The notes below the pieces were generated by a model. It did not search any database and was not told where the DNA came from. It saw only the letters and a list, made by a program, of their open reading frames with translations. Made by a program: the position numbers and the translations under genes. DNA of 64,000 nt from Terriglobia bacterium (GTDB taxonomy: Bacteria > Acidobacteriota > Terriglobia > JAJPHL01 > JAPKYU01): the NCBI GenBank assembly GCA_965223005.1, contig CBDCVK010000005.1:64001-128000 (forward strand), read 5' to 3'. This document shows positions 21,488-32,500 of this stretch, in pieces (position 1 is the stretch's first letter; every line of letters begins with the position of its first letter).

Positions 21488-21940
21488 ATGGCAAACAAAA
21501 GGCACCTTGAGCTTCTGGAGATAGAGGAAGTTGAACGATGGAACTTCATACGCGCGCAGAGGCCGAAAGTAATCCCGGATCTCGGGGCGGCAAGTCTTCC
21601 AGGCGCGGACCTCCGGTCTGCTGATCTGAGCAAGGCAGACCTCAGCGAGGCCGACCTCTCCGGCGCTAACCTTGAAGAAGCGGATCTCAGCGGAGCAAAC
21701 CTTAGCAAAGCGTCGCTCGTCGGGGCGAACCTTTGCAGGGCGAATCTGACCGACGCGAACTTAAGCTACGCGAATCTCAGGAGCGCAATCTTCACCGCCG
21801 CAAACCTTCAAGGTGCGGATCTTCGCCGGGCCGACCTCAGTAAGGCGGATCTCGAAGTAGCCGAAAATGTCACAACAGAACAGGTTGCTTCAGCGACCAC
21901 CGATGAAGACACACTGCTTCCAATCTATTTAGAATTTTGA
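21488..21940 (+). CDS. Pentapeptide repeat protein
   Basis: About 17 A(D/N)Lxx units after a typical 'WNxxR...PDL' N-terminus. Confidence 0.9.
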   Translation: MANKRHLELLEIEEVERWNFIRAQRPKVIPDLGAASLPGADLRSADLSKADLSEADLSGANLEEADLSGANLSKASLVGANLCRANLTDANLSYANLRSAIFTAANLQGADLRRADLSKADLEVAENVTTEQVASATTDEDTLLPIYLEF

Positions 21941-22139
21941 ATTGCTCCGCTGTCTTTCGCACCGATGGTTATCCACTTCTGTCGCATCCCCTTTCACTTC
22001 GGCCTTCAAAAACGTTCGCCCCATCCCTGGAATAGGGAGACGTGCGTGATGGCTTGGAGTCCCATAGCCTGAGGTTTGAGACTCGAGGCTTGGGAGCGGG
22101 AAGGCGGAGCCTCCTAATCCCGTGCTAACATGATCGGGC

Positions 22140-23372
22140 ATGCTGGCAAGCTCCACTGCCGCTCCGACAACCGAGACGATAGCGGTGCTGGCGAGCCGCG
22201 CAATGGTAGCCCGGGCGCTGGAGTTGATCGCGCAAGAGGCGGACTGGATTACTGACCGGCATGTCGAATTCACCTCGATCCCGGCGCCCACCTTTGCGGA
22301 ACAGGCTCGGGCCGATTACTTCTTCCAGCAGTTCAGCAAACTGAAACTAGACTGCGTGCGGCGCGATGCTGCCGGCAACGTGTTGGGCGAACTGCGAGGC
22401 ACCGCGCCAGCGCGGCAACGGCGCTTGTTAGTGCTGAGCGCCCACCTGGATACGGTTTTCCGGCTATCGGATCGAATCGAGGTCCACCGCCACAACGGGC
22501 GCATCTACGGCCCAGGAATCACCGACAACGGTGCCGGCCTGGCGGCGCTGCTGGGCGTGGCGCACGTCCTGCACCGCGCAAACCTGCGCCTGCGCGACAA
22601 TTTACTGTTGGTGGCCAACGTTGGGGAGGAAGGAGAAGGCAATCTCCACGGCATGCGCCACTTGCTTGAGCAGAAAGAAATCTGCCGGCAAGCGCGTGCT
22701 GTTCTGGTGTTGGACGGGGCCAGCGTGGACCACATCACCGCCTCCGGCCTGGGCAGCCAGCGCTTCCGGGTCACCGTTGAGGGCCCCGGCGGGCATAGCT
22801 GGAGTGACTTTGGCCTGGCAAACCCCATCTACGCCCTGGGATCAGCGGTGGCCCGCTTCGCCCAAATTTCCGTCCCCAAGCAGCCGCGCACTACGTTTAA
22901 CGTCGGTGAAATCCAAGGAGGCACCAGCATCAACTCGGTTCCCTCGTTCGCCTCCATCAAGGTGGACATCCGGTCCGGTTCGGTGGAGGAGATCCGGCGG
23001 CTGGCGGCCATTTTGGAACGCGTAGTCCGGGGGGCGGTGGAAGAGGAGAACCAGCGCGCACAGGGTGACAGGCTCACCTATCAGGTTCAGGATATCGGCG
23101 AACGCCCCGCGGCCGAGCTGCCGCAGAACGCTCGCATCCTGGAAACGGTGCGGGCAGTGGACCGCTATCTGGGGATCCCCTCGCGTGTCGAGCGCTCCTC
23201 TACCGACGCGAATATTCCATTGGCGCTAGGCATCGAGGCAGTTTCCCTGGGTGGGGGCGGCCAAGGGGGCGCGACCCACTCCCCGCAGGAATGGTACGAC
23301 CCGGCTCGTCGCCAACTCGGGCTCGAGCGCATCCTGCTGGCTTTGTGCGCGCTGGCGGGGGTGGACAGCTAG
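22140..23372 (+). CDS. M20/M25/M40 family metallo-hydrolase
   Basis: SAHLDTVF, GPGITDNG, GEEG, GPGGHSW, STDAN and HSPQEW. Confidence 0.9.
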   Translation: MLASSTAAPTTETIAVLASRAMVARALELIAQEADWITDRHVEFTSIPAPTFAEQARADYFFQQFSKLKLDCVRRDAAGNVLGELRGTAPARQRRLLVLSAHLDTVFRLSDRIEVHRHNGRIYGPGITDNGAGLAALLGVAHVLHRANLRLRDNLLLVANVGEEGEGNLHGMRHLLEQKEICRQARAVLVLDGASVDHITASGLGSQRFRVTVEGPGGHSWSDFGLANPIYALGSAVARFAQISVPKQPRTTFNVGEIQGGTSINSVPSFASIKVDIRSGSVEEIRRLAAILERVVRGAVEEENQRAQGDRLTYQVQDIGERPAAELPQNARILETVRAVDRYLGIPSRVERSSTDANIPLALGIEAVSLGGGGQGGATHSPQEWYDPARRQLGLERILLALCALAGVDS

Positions 23373-23413
23373 CCGTTGCCTCGCAACCAGTCTTTTGCCT
23401 CTGGAGTACTGCT

Positions 23414-23541
23414 TTCCGCTTACTGCCCCGTGTGGCTGGCCCTGCTCGCTCTGCACCCAATCAGCGTCCTGTCCCGGAAGGGGGGGAATGCGCACCGATT
23501 TTGGGGGAGGCAAAACCATTGGTTTCCGCCGAGCATCTTTA
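23414..23541 (+). repeat. Copy 1 of a diverged ~125-bp duplicated upstream region (copy 2 at 26239-26363)
   Basis: Core AAACCATTGGTTTCCGCCGAGCATCTTTA (23513-23541) is 28/29 identical to 26335-26363. Upstream blocks TTCCGC.TACTGCC, CTGGCCCT, CACCCAATC and CTGTCCC are also shared. Confidence 0.85.
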
Positions 23542-23623
23542 CGGGACGTGCGCACCCTGCCTTGTGCGGGCGGAAGCCTGAGATGGCATCCGGCAGCCGT
23601 GAAGAAAAGGTGGGACGGACATC

Positions 23624-26236
23624 ATGAAAGGAATCAAGCTGTACCCGGCCGTGGTCGTGCTGGGCATCGCTTTCCTGTTGATCGAGTCCGTCTTCTGGGC
23701 GAGCGAGCAGAACCAGCCCTTGGAAGTTGCCGTGCGGATGATTCTGCTGCGCACCTCCGAAGAGGCGCGGCAGGTTCTGGCGAACCTCCAGCGCGGAGAG
23801 GACTTTGCCGAGCTGGCGAAAAAGCACTCGATCGATTCCACCGGGCCAGCGGGCGGCTATCTAGGCAAAGTGAAGCTGTCGGACTTACGCCCCGAAATTC
23901 AGGAGGCCTTGAAGGAGCTGCCTGCGGGGCAGGTGTCCGGGGTTGTCGAAACGTCGAGCGGCTACATGATCCTGAAGATGCTTAAAGAGGAAGCGGAGAG
24001 CACCGAAATCGAGAGCGCGCAACCCGCCCCGGAGCGCCGACTGACCACCGACGTCTCGGGAGCTGGAGAAGTTCAATACCTGTTTGAGCGCATCCAGAAG
24101 CCAGTCGGCTGGGAACAGGATTTGCAAACCATCTGCGCGATTAAGATCATGGCGGTTCGCATCGGATTTCAAGAGTTGGAAAAATATTTGGCAGAGGCCG
24201 AGAACGGAAGCGCGAGGCAGGTGGGGGACGCTGGACTCTTGGGTGTCTATCAGACACTGGCTCAGCAGTGGGCACACCGTGGGGATTTCGATCAAACGAT
24301 CAAGTATTTCCAAGCGGCGTACGAGCAGGCTGTCGCCCGCGGCGACAAGGAGGTTCTACTGGAATTGGAGGAGAAGCTGGGGATTGCCCACCTGGGATTG
24401 GCACAGGCTGAGAACCTGGTACCCAGCGCTCGCGTCAAAACCTGCATGTTCCCGATGCGTGGCAGGGCGCAGCCGGAGCAGACCGCCAATTGGGAGGCCG
24501 CCATCCGGCATTTTCTCAAGTTCCTGGAGCAGCAGCCGGAAGACCTGGAGGTGAGATGGCTGCTGAACCTTGCCTCCATGGCCTCGGGCAGGCACCCCGA
24601 GGCTGTTCCCAAGCAATACCGGATTCCTCTTGCGCCCTTTGAGTCCAAGGAAGACGTGGGCCGCTTTGTTGACGTGGCCCCTGTGGTGGGGGCCGACACC
24701 TTCAACACGGCCGGCGGAGCGATTGTGGATGACCTGGACAGTGACGGACTGCTGGACATTGTGACCAGCGCAATGGACCCTTGCGCGCCGATGCGCTACT
24801 TGCACAACAGCGGGACGGGAACCTTCACCGACCGAACCGCGCAGGCCGGGCTGATCAATCAGCTTGGCGGGCTGAACATGGTCCCGGCCGACTACAACAA
24901 TGACGGCTGCCTGGATATTCTGGTGCTCCGGGGCGCATGGGAACTGCCCATGCGCAACTCGCTGCTGCGCAATAACTGCGACGGAACCTTCACCGACGTG
25001 ACCCGCACGAGTGGGGTGGCGGTGCCCGCCACTTCCACGCAAACCGCTGCCTGGGCCGACATTGATCTGGACGGCAACCTGGACCTGTTCGTGGGCAACG
25101 AACGCTCTCCCAGCCAGCTTTTCCTCAACCAGGGCGACGGGACCTTCGAGGACATTGCGCCCGCCGCCGGCGTGGACCGGGTCATGTTCACCAAAGCCGT
25201 CGCTGCGGGCGACTACGACAACGACGGCTACCCGGACTTCTACGTCTCAAATGGATTTGCAGAGAACTTCCTCTTCCACAACAACCGGGATTTAACGTTT
25301 ACCGACATGGCCGAACCTTTGCGAGTGCAACAACCCATTTTCAGCTTTCCGATCTGGTTCTTCGACTATGACAACGATGGCTGGCTGGACCTGTTCGTCT
25401 CCAGTTACTATGGCTCAATCGTGGACATCGTCGGCAGTTACTTGCAATTACCGGTGGAGGTCGAGACGCTCAAGCTCTACAGGAACACCGGCTCGGGCTT
25501 CCAGGATGTGACCAAGGAGGTTCAGCTGGACCGGATCTTCACGCCTATGGGGGTCAATTTCGGCGACCTGGACAATGACGGATTTCTCGATTTCTACCTG
25601 GGGACCGGCAGTCCCTCCTACGCAGTGCTAGTTCCAAACGTGTTGTTTAGGAATCACGACGGGAAGTATTTCGTGGATGTCACCGCTTCCTCGGGGACCG
25701 GCTGTCTTCATAAGGGACATGGGGCGGCCTTCGCCGACATCGACAACGACGGCGATGAAGACATTTTTATTCAGATGGGCGGCATGGTGCCGGGCGACAG
25801 GCATGGGAACTTGCTCTTCAGAAACCCCGGGCACGGCAACAACTGGATCCGTCTGCGGCTGGTGGGCGTGAAGACGAACCGCGGGGCCATCGGGACCCGC
25901 ATCAAGCTTGGCGTGCGGACGCCCGAGGGTGGGCGCCGCTTCATTCACCGCCTCGTCGGCAGCGGTGGATCGTTTGGCGCCTCCCCGCTGGAGCAGCACA
26001 TCGGGCTGGGCAAGGCTGGCAGCATCGAAACCCTGGAAATCTGGTGGCCCACCAGCGACACGCGGCAGGTGTTCCACAACGTCGAGGTAAACCAGTTCCT
26101 GGAAATCAAGGAGTCGGAGAAAACATTCACGGCAGTCGAGCGACCCTCCTTCTCATTGGGAGAAGAGAGCCGGAGGCACCCCACAAGGCGCGAACCCCCA
26201 TTGTCTCCGTCTTCGAGAGTCGAACGAAAACCCTGA
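23624..26236 (+). CDS. PpiC/parvulin-like domain + helical (TPR-like) region + FG-GAP/CRTAC1 repeats + ASPIC/UnbV fusion protein
   Basis: N-terminal GEDFAELAKKHSID..GGYLG...VETSSGYMILK (rotamase fold); repeated DYDNDGxxD motifs; C-terminal HIGLG...EIWWP. Confidence 0.85.
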   Translation: MKGIKLYPAVVVLGIAFLLIESVFWASEQNQPLEVAVRMILLRTSEEARQVLANLQRGEDFAELAKKHSIDSTGPAGGYLGKVKLSDLRPEIQEALKELPAGQVSGVVETSSGYMILKMLKEEAESTEIESAQPAPERRLTTDVSGAGEVQYLFERIQKPVGWEQDLQTICAIKIMAVRIGFQELEKYLAEAENGSARQVGDAGLLGVYQTLAQQWAHRGDFDQTIKYFQAAYEQAVARGDKEVLLELEEKLGIAHLGLAQAENLVPSARVKTCMFPMRGRAQPEQTANWEAAIRHFLKFLEQQPEDLEVRWLLNLASMASGRHPEAVPKQYRIPLAPFESKEDVGRFVDVAPVVGADTFNTAGGAIVDDLDSDGLLDIVTSAMDPCAPMRYLHNSGTGTFTDRTAQAGLINQLGGLNMVPADYNNDGCLDILVLRGAWELPMRNSLLRNNCDGTFTDVTRTSGVAVPATSTQTAAWADIDLDGNLDLFVGNERSPSQLFLNQGDGTFEDIAPAAGVDRVMFTKAVAAGDYDNDGYPDFYVSNGFAENFLFHNNRDLTFTDMAEPLRVQQPIFSFPIWFFDYDNDGWLDLFVSSYYGSIVDIVGSYLQLPVEVETLKLYRNTGSGFQDVTKEVQLDRIFTPMGVNFGDLDNDGFLDFYLGTGSPSYAVLVPNVLFRNHDGKYFVDVTASSGTGCLHKGHGAAFADIDNDGDEDIFIQMGGMVPGDRHGNLLFRNPGHGNNWIRLRLVGVKTNRGAIGTRIKLGVRTPEGGRRFIHRLVGSGGSFGASPLEQHIGLGKAGSIETLEIWWPTSDTRQVFHNVEVNQFLEIKESEKTFTAVERPSFSLGEESRRHPTRREPPLSPSSRVERKP

Positions 26237-26238
26237 CC

Positions 26239-26378
26239 TTCCGCCTACTGCCTTGCTGTGTCTGGCCCTTCTCACCTACACCCAATCTTGCCTCTGTCCC
26301 TGCAGGGGAAATGTGGGGGAATTGCGTGGCGACGAAACCATTGGCTTCCGCCGAGCATCTTTAAACTAGTGGTATAAT
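26239..26378 (+). promoter_or_regulatory. degP upstream region: repeat copy 2 with an ECF-like promoter motif, plus an extended -10
   Basis: GAAAC-N17-CATCT at 26334-26360 (ECF-type spacing) and TGgTATAAT at 26370-26378. Confidence 0.6.
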
Positions 26379-26426
26379 GCACTTGAAGTTAAGGTCTGCG
26401 TTTTTCTTGATGAGGAGTATACCCCG

Positions 26427-27992
26427 ATGAATTCCAGGTTGGACGAACTGGTAGCCGGACTGCGCCGGCAAAAGTGGGTCTCACTGGCCCTGGTTTCGTT
26501 GACGCTGGTCGTGGGCATCGCAATTGGGACCGTCGTAACCCGAACGGTGGGCGCCCTGGACCGCTCGGTGGCCCCAGGGGCCAGTCCCCTGTCCATCCAG
26601 TCCCCGGCTCAGCTCTCTTCGGCCTTTGTGCAGATCTCCAAGGCAGTCCGGCCCACGGTGGTCAACATCAACACATCGGCCACCGTGAAACAGCCGACGC
26701 CCCGCCGCCGGCGGAGCCCTCGGGAACGCGAGCGTCAGGACCCGTTCGAAGAGTTCTTCGAGCGATTCTTTGAAGGGCCGTCTGCACCCGAAAGTGGCGT
26801 CCAGCAGCGCAGCCTGGGCTCCGGAATCTTGGTGGATGGAAATGGCTATATCCTGACCAATCGGCACGTCGTCGAGAGAGCGGATCGCATCCAGGTGAAA
26901 TTGTTCAACGATCCTAAGCAGTACAAAGCCAAGGTGATTGGTTCGGACAAGGAAACCGATCTGGCCGTCATCAAGATCGACGCCAAGACGTCCCTGACGC
27001 CAGCCAAGATGGGCAACTCCGACGGCATCCAGGTCGGCGACTGGGTGCTGGCAATTGGTAGCCCATTCGGCCTGGAGGAGACCGTAACGGCAGGTATCAT
27101 CAGCGCCAAAAATCGCGACCTGGTTGGTGCCCAACAGTTTCAGCACTTCTTGCAGACCGACGCGGCCATCAACCCCGGCAACAGCGGAGGCCCGCTGGTG
27201 AACATGGTCGGTGAGGTCGTGGGAGTGAACACGGCCATCGCCACCAACCGCGGCAGCTACCAAGGCGTGGGCTTCGCCTTGCCTTCCAACACGGCTGTCT
27301 ACGTCTACAACCAGATCATCGAACACGGCCGCGTGCCGCGCGGTTCCATCGGCGTGGAGTTCCAGGGCCAAAGCTCGGAAAACGAAGCTTTGCTGCGCAG
27401 TTTCGGCGTCAAGGGCGGCGTGATCATTAATCAAGTGATGCCTGGCTCCCCGGCCGACCAGGGTGGGCTGAAGTCCGGCGACGTGATCGTCGCCGTGGAC
27501 GATACCCCCATCCTCTCCGGCGACGAACTGGTCTCCAAGATCTCCGAAACTCCGGTCGGCGAGAAAGTTCGCATCAAGTACGTCCGCGATGGCAAGAAAG
27601 CGAAGACCAGTATCACCGTCGCCGAGCGTACTGAAGTCTTCAAGGAATTATTGGGCGGGCAAGAGGAGGAGCTGCAGCCCGAAGAGCCTACTGAGGCCAA
27701 GTTCGGCCTGACCCTGCAGAATCTCACCCCGCGGCTGGCCAGCCGTCTGGGACTCGGCGACGAGGAAGGCGTGCTGGTGACGAAGCTGGATCCAGGCAGC
27801 TTCGCCGGAGACGTGGGCTTGCTTCGCGGTGACCTGATCGTCGAACTGCAGCGGGAGCCCGTCCGCTCGGTGGAGGATTTGCGCCGAATTCAGCGTGGTT
27901 TGAGCTCTGGAGACGATGTCGTCTTCAAGATACTGCGCCGCGGACTCCGCCGACGAATGCAGACCCTCTTCCTGGCAGGCACACTGCCCTAG
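26427..27992 (+). CDS. degP: Do/DegP (HtrA) family serine endoprotease with two PDZ domains
   Basis: Catalytic triad motifs LTNRHVV, DLAVIK and TDAAINPGNSGGPL; two PDZ domains; N-terminal TM segment. Confidence 0.93.
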   Translation: MNSRLDELVAGLRRQKWVSLALVSLTLVVGIAIGTVVTRTVGALDRSVAPGASPLSIQSPAQLSSAFVQISKAVRPTVVNINTSATVKQPTPRRRRSPRERERQDPFEEFFERFFEGPSAPESGVQQRSLGSGILVDGNGYILTNRHVVERADRIQVKLFNDPKQYKAKVIGSDKETDLAVIKIDAKTSLTPAKMGNSDGIQVGDWVLAIGSPFGLEETVTAGIISAKNRDLVGAQQFQHFLQTDAAINPGNSGGPLVNMVGEVVGVNTAIATNRGSYQGVGFALPSNTAVYVYNQIIEHGRVPRGSIGVEFQGQSSENEALLRSFGVKGGVIINQVMPGSPADQGGLKSGDVIVAVDDTPILSGDELVSKISETPVGEKVRIKYVRDGKKAKTSITVAERTEVFKELLGGQEEELQPEEPTEAKFGLTLQNLTPRLASRLGLGDEEGVLVTKLDPGSFAGDVGLLRGDLIVELQREPVRSVEDLRRIQRGLSSGDDVVFKILRRGLRRRMQTLFLAGTLP

Positions 27993-28086
27993 GAGGTTTT
28001 CGAACCCTCCCGCTTGGGCAGGAGAATAGCCAGCCGTCGTGGCGGATCAGGACAAGGGAGCCGTCGCAAGGTTGCGGTTGGCCGCT

Positions 28087-28551
28087 ATGTCCGGTAAAGC
28101 TTCCCGGTACTTCGCGTCAATTCTAGCCGGTTTGGTGCTGGCCGCCGGTGCCTCAGCCTCGCTGGCCCCACCGGCCAAGGCCTCCCCAGCAAAGAAGGTT
28201 TCCAGCAGCAGCAAGAAAACCTCAGTTGCCCAGAACAAGCGTTCCCGGCGAAAAACCCGGCGACGCGCTGTCCGCCGGCGGCGCCGGCGGGTGGTGCGTG
28301 GCCAGAGAGTGCCCACAGCTCAGCGTATCCGCGAAATCCAGCAGTCGCTGAGCCGAAGCGGTCATTACGACGGAAAGCCGACCGGCAAGCTCGACTCTCA
28401 CACGGTGGCCGCCCTGTCAGACTTTCAACAGGCCCAGGATCTGAAGCGGACCGGAAAGCTGAATGCCCTGACGTTGAAGAAACTGGAGCAGTATGGATTG
28501 CCGCCGCACTCCCGCGCCTCCGTGGCGCCACCCCCGCGAGCGGACCCTTAG
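28087..28551 (+). CDS. Exported protein with Arg-rich linker and peptidoglycan-binding (PGBD) domain
   Basis: Signal peptide, then IREIQQSL..GHYDGKPTGKLD..TVAALSDFQ...L..TG..NALTL. Confidence 0.8.
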   Translation: MSGKASRYFASILAGLVLAAGASASLAPPAKASPAKKVSSSSKKTSVAQNKRSRRKTRRRAVRRRRRRVVRGQRVPTAQRIREIQQSLSRSGHYDGKPTGKLDSHTVAALSDFQQAQDLKRTGKLNALTLKKLEQYGLPPHSRASVAPPPRADP

Positions 28552-28666
28552 CCCCGGCTTGCCCCCGCCCCCGCGCTGCATTTGATGGGGTGGCCCGGCG
28601 CGCCCTCTCCGGATCCTTTGCTCTAGCCCACTTTCCCGGGTATGCTATCGCCAAAGCAGCGTGCCC

Positions 28667-29461
28667 ATGAATTATCTGATCTTCGACATTGAGACGTATC
28701 CGGACAAACCCCTGGTAGAGGCCGTGTACGGCCACAGCTACGCCAGCGTGAAGGAGCAATCGAACCGGCTGCTGCACCCATTGTTCCACATCCCCATCGT
28801 GATCGGCGGGCTAGTTTGTGACGAGAACCTGCGCATCCGCAGTTTCGGGGCCATGTCCGGCGATCCGGACAAGGAGCGCGAAACCCTGCAATTCTTCTGG
28901 GAAACGTTCGAGCGTTACGGTGGCGGCCGGCGCAACCCGCCGCCGGTGCCGGGCCCCGAATGCGCGTTGGTCACTTTTAACGGGCGCAGCTTCGACCTGC
29001 CGGTGATCGAGCACCGCTCGCTGCGGTACGGGATGGGCTCAGTTGATTACTTCACCGCGCGGGACAAATTCAACAATTACCGCTACCGCTACGCGCCGGA
29101 GTTCCACTTCGACATTGTCGAGTTCCTCACCAACTTCGGAGCCGCGCCCAAAGCCTCCCTGGACGCGGTAGCCAAGCTGGTCGGGCTACCCGGCAAGACC
29201 GAGATGGACGGCGCCGAAGTGGAAGGGGAATACGAACAGGGGAACCTGGCCGGCATTGCCGAGTACTGCATGGCCGACGTGGCCCTGACCTATCTCGTTT
29301 TCCTGCAATGCCAGCGCATGCGCGGCTTGCTGCGTCCGAGTGCGGATGCCGCGTGTGCCGAGGCGCTGGAATATTTCCGCGCTCAACTGGATGCGCGGCC
29401 TTTCCTGATCGACCTGGTGCGGGCTCTGGAAGGGCGCCTGGCGCCCTCAGCGCAAACGTAG
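28667..29461 (+). CDS. Stand-alone DEDDy 3'-5' exonuclease (PolB-exo-related)
   Basis: Exo I FDIET, Exo II TFNGRSFD, Exo III YCMADV. Confidence 0.88.
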   Translation: MNYLIFDIETYPDKPLVEAVYGHSYASVKEQSNRLLHPLFHIPIVIGGLVCDENLRIRSFGAMSGDPDKERETLQFFWETFERYGGGRRNPPPVPGPECALVTFNGRSFDLPVIEHRSLRYGMGSVDYFTARDKFNNYRYRYAPEFHFDIVEFLTNFGAAPKASLDAVAKLVGLPGKTEMDGAEVEGEYEQGNLAGIAEYCMADVALTYLVFLQCQRMRGLLRPSADAACAEALEYFRAQLDARPFLIDLVRALEGRLAPSAQT

Positions 29462-29594
29462 ACAGGCCTAGAACAGGCTGGACTTCCATCTGGCGCGTAT
29501 ACCTTAGGGACCCCTTGATTCCAGCTTTATTGCGCGCTGCGAGAAGGCCCGGCCCTGTAGCAGGGCGAGCCGGCGCGGCACGCTGAGTTCGCTT

Positions 29595-32500
29595 ATGGGA
29601 GCTACTGACATCCGCAAGCCCAATGGCAACCGTCGGCGCAGTCCGCGCCTGGCTCGCGTAGTGGAGGTGGAAATCGCGGGCCGGGGAGCCGACGGTAAAG
29701 TTCTGGTGGAATCCACCTCTACGTGCGACATCAGCCGGCATGGCGCCAGCCTTACCGCTCGGACTGCGTTTCCTCGCAGTGCGCCGCTGGCCATTCGCCG
29801 CTCCGGAGGCAAGCCTGCTCTGGCCCGGGTGGTTTCGGTGAAGTCGTGCTCCCAACCTGGCCTACAGCAGCTCGGAGTGAGATTCCTGGAGGATGAAAGT
29901 TACTGGGAGCACGGATTCCCTCCCGACTGGCAAGACAAGGATGCTGCAGCGGTGGAAGATGAAAAACCAGCCGAGGAACCTGCCGCGGCGCACCAGCGCG
30001 TTCATGCGCTGGACGAATCGCTGGAGAGAGTCCTGCGCAAAGGCGAAACGCTTCGCGCACAGGCCGAGACGATGCTCCGGGAGTTTGCCGAACAGATGGA
30101 AGCCGCACGGCGGCAAGGGGTTAGCGCGCTGGCGCCCCAGCTGGACTTGCTGGCTGCCCGGAAGAACATCGCCAGAGAGGAGCTTACTGACCAGGGGCGG
30201 TGCGCAGCGGAAGCCATCCGCGCCCAGGAGGAACGCGCCGGCGCCTCCTTGGTCCGGCAGGCGGCCGGGACGGAGGAAAAGATTGGGAAACTGGCCCAGC
30301 AATTCGAGGCCGCAATGCAGGCGGCCCTGGAGAAATATCAACAGACGCTAGCACAGGAAGGCAGCAAGGCCCAGGAAATCGTGGTGAGCTCGGCCGCCAG
30401 CTTGGAAGCGCACCAGCAGGGGGTGGCCGAACTGGAAGCGCAGTCCGCCAGCTGGCGCGAGCAGATGGCAGCCAGTCTGAACAGCCTGCGGCAGGACGCA
30501 GAGCGGATCACCCACAGAAGCCGCGGCGAAATGCATGGGGCGTCCCTGGCCAGCATCCAGGAATTCCGAAAACTGACACCACAACTCGTCGACGAGGCGT
30601 CCCGCTCGTTCGCCGCGGTGCTGGGCGAACAGAAAAGCGCTGCCACTCGCTGGATTGCCCAGTCGCTGGAGACTGCCCGGGCTAATTTCACCGAGCTGCA
30701 AAACGCCTCGCGGGCAACACTGGCCGAGCACGCGGGGCAGGGGTTGGAGCAGTTCAAGACGTCGCTCCAGAAGCGCTTGCGGGAGGCCAAGGAGGCCGGC
30801 TCCGCCGAGGCCGCGGCGGTCGAAGCACGCCTGCAGCGGGTACGTACCTCCCTGCAAGAATTGGCGAAGTGGTCAGAACGGGCAATTTCCAGCACCCAGG
30901 AAAAGCTGTCGGCGACGACAGGCCAAGCCGAAACCCACTTGCGGGAGACCGCCACGCGCCACCTCCGCGAACTGGGAGAGGCTGCGGCAAAGGCGTTCGA
31001 ACGTCTCGAGCAGCAGGCCGAATCGCTCAAGACCGGTGCCGCTGAAGCCACCCGCCAGCTCGGTGAGCAGGCGCGCGACGTGCAGCAGATGCGTCTCACG
31101 CTGGATCAGAGCGCCGAGCAAAAGCGGGAAGCACTCGACGCCCTGTTCAGTTCGCTGACGAATCGATATGACCAGCGGAAGGAGGCCTTGGACCGACTCC
31201 TGGAAACCTTGGAAAATGGCCGCGCCGACCTGCGCGCCAACCTGGATTCGCTGCGGACCTGCACGGAGGAGAACCAAGCACAGATCGAGCGCTTCGCCGC
31301 CGGGCAAGAAGCGTCACTGAAATCCAGGACGCTGGAGCTGGAGCAGAAACTGCGGGCCGGCGCCCTGGCGCTGGAAAAAGAGCTGCAGGAGCGCGCCGCG
31401 AGGCCGCTCGAATCCCTCCGCAACGCCTTTTCAGCCGGGCTGGGACAGGCCGCCGCCCATGCGCAGCAGAGATTCAGCCAGACGCTGGCCGCAGAAATGG
31501 GAAAAGCCGTCCCGCGTGTCGCCGAACTGGCCTCGACCCTGGATCGCCACACCGAAGAGCGTTGCAAGGAGCTGGGGGCGGTGTCGGCCGCTCTTGCGCA
31601 GCGGCTGCATCAGGTGCGTCAGGAAGTGGAAGCCAGCGCGCAGGCAGGCGTGGAGCACCTGGCCCAACATGCTGCGGACACCGAGCACTCGGTCAAGCAA
31701 GCAGCCCAGGACGCTGTGGGCGCGGTCGCCGACAGTAACGCGAAAGCTGCGACTGCCGGAGGAGAAATTCTGGACGCTATCCGGCAGACACGCGCTTCCA
31801 TGACGCGGGAGGGAGCCGAGATGGAAAACCAGGCCCGGCAGAGGCACCAGCGGCTGGAGGCGCAATTTGCCGGATTTTCCTCGGCTCTGGAGGATAAACG
31901 CACCAGCCTGATTTCCTTCTATTCCAGTGTGGACCAGACCAAAGCAGAACTGGCGCTGTCGGTGGCCGCCGCGGAGCGGCGGGTGGAAGACGCGCGCACG
32001 GCCTTGGACGAGACACATCAGGAAATGCAGGCTGTGCTGGACAGACGCGCCGAAGCCCTCACCACTCGCCACCACCAGAAACTAAAAGAGTGGCTGAATG
32101 CGGGTCAACGAGAGATTGGAGCGGTGGGCGAGGCTGCCCAGGAAGTTTTCCAGGCGCGGATCCGCTCCGCCTTGGACCGCACCCTCGAGCAAGCAGAGAA
32201 ACGCCTGGAGCAGGCTGGCGGCAGCCGGGTGGCAGGCCTCGAGCGCTCCGTCGAAACCCTCCGCCGCGACTACGAGCGGCGCCTGCAGCATCTGGCACAG
32301 CAGTACGAGGAAGCTTGCCAGAAGCAGACGCGGATGCTCACGGACTCCGTGGCCGATGCGGCCGTCCCGGTCCGCGATCAGACGCAACAGATGAGCCGCA
32401 CCGCCATCGAGCGGGTTCGCGAGGCACATGAGATGCTGTTGCGGGAAACTCCCGCCCGAGTGGCTCAGGCTGAGGCGGCCTTCCGGCAGAGCCTGGAGCG

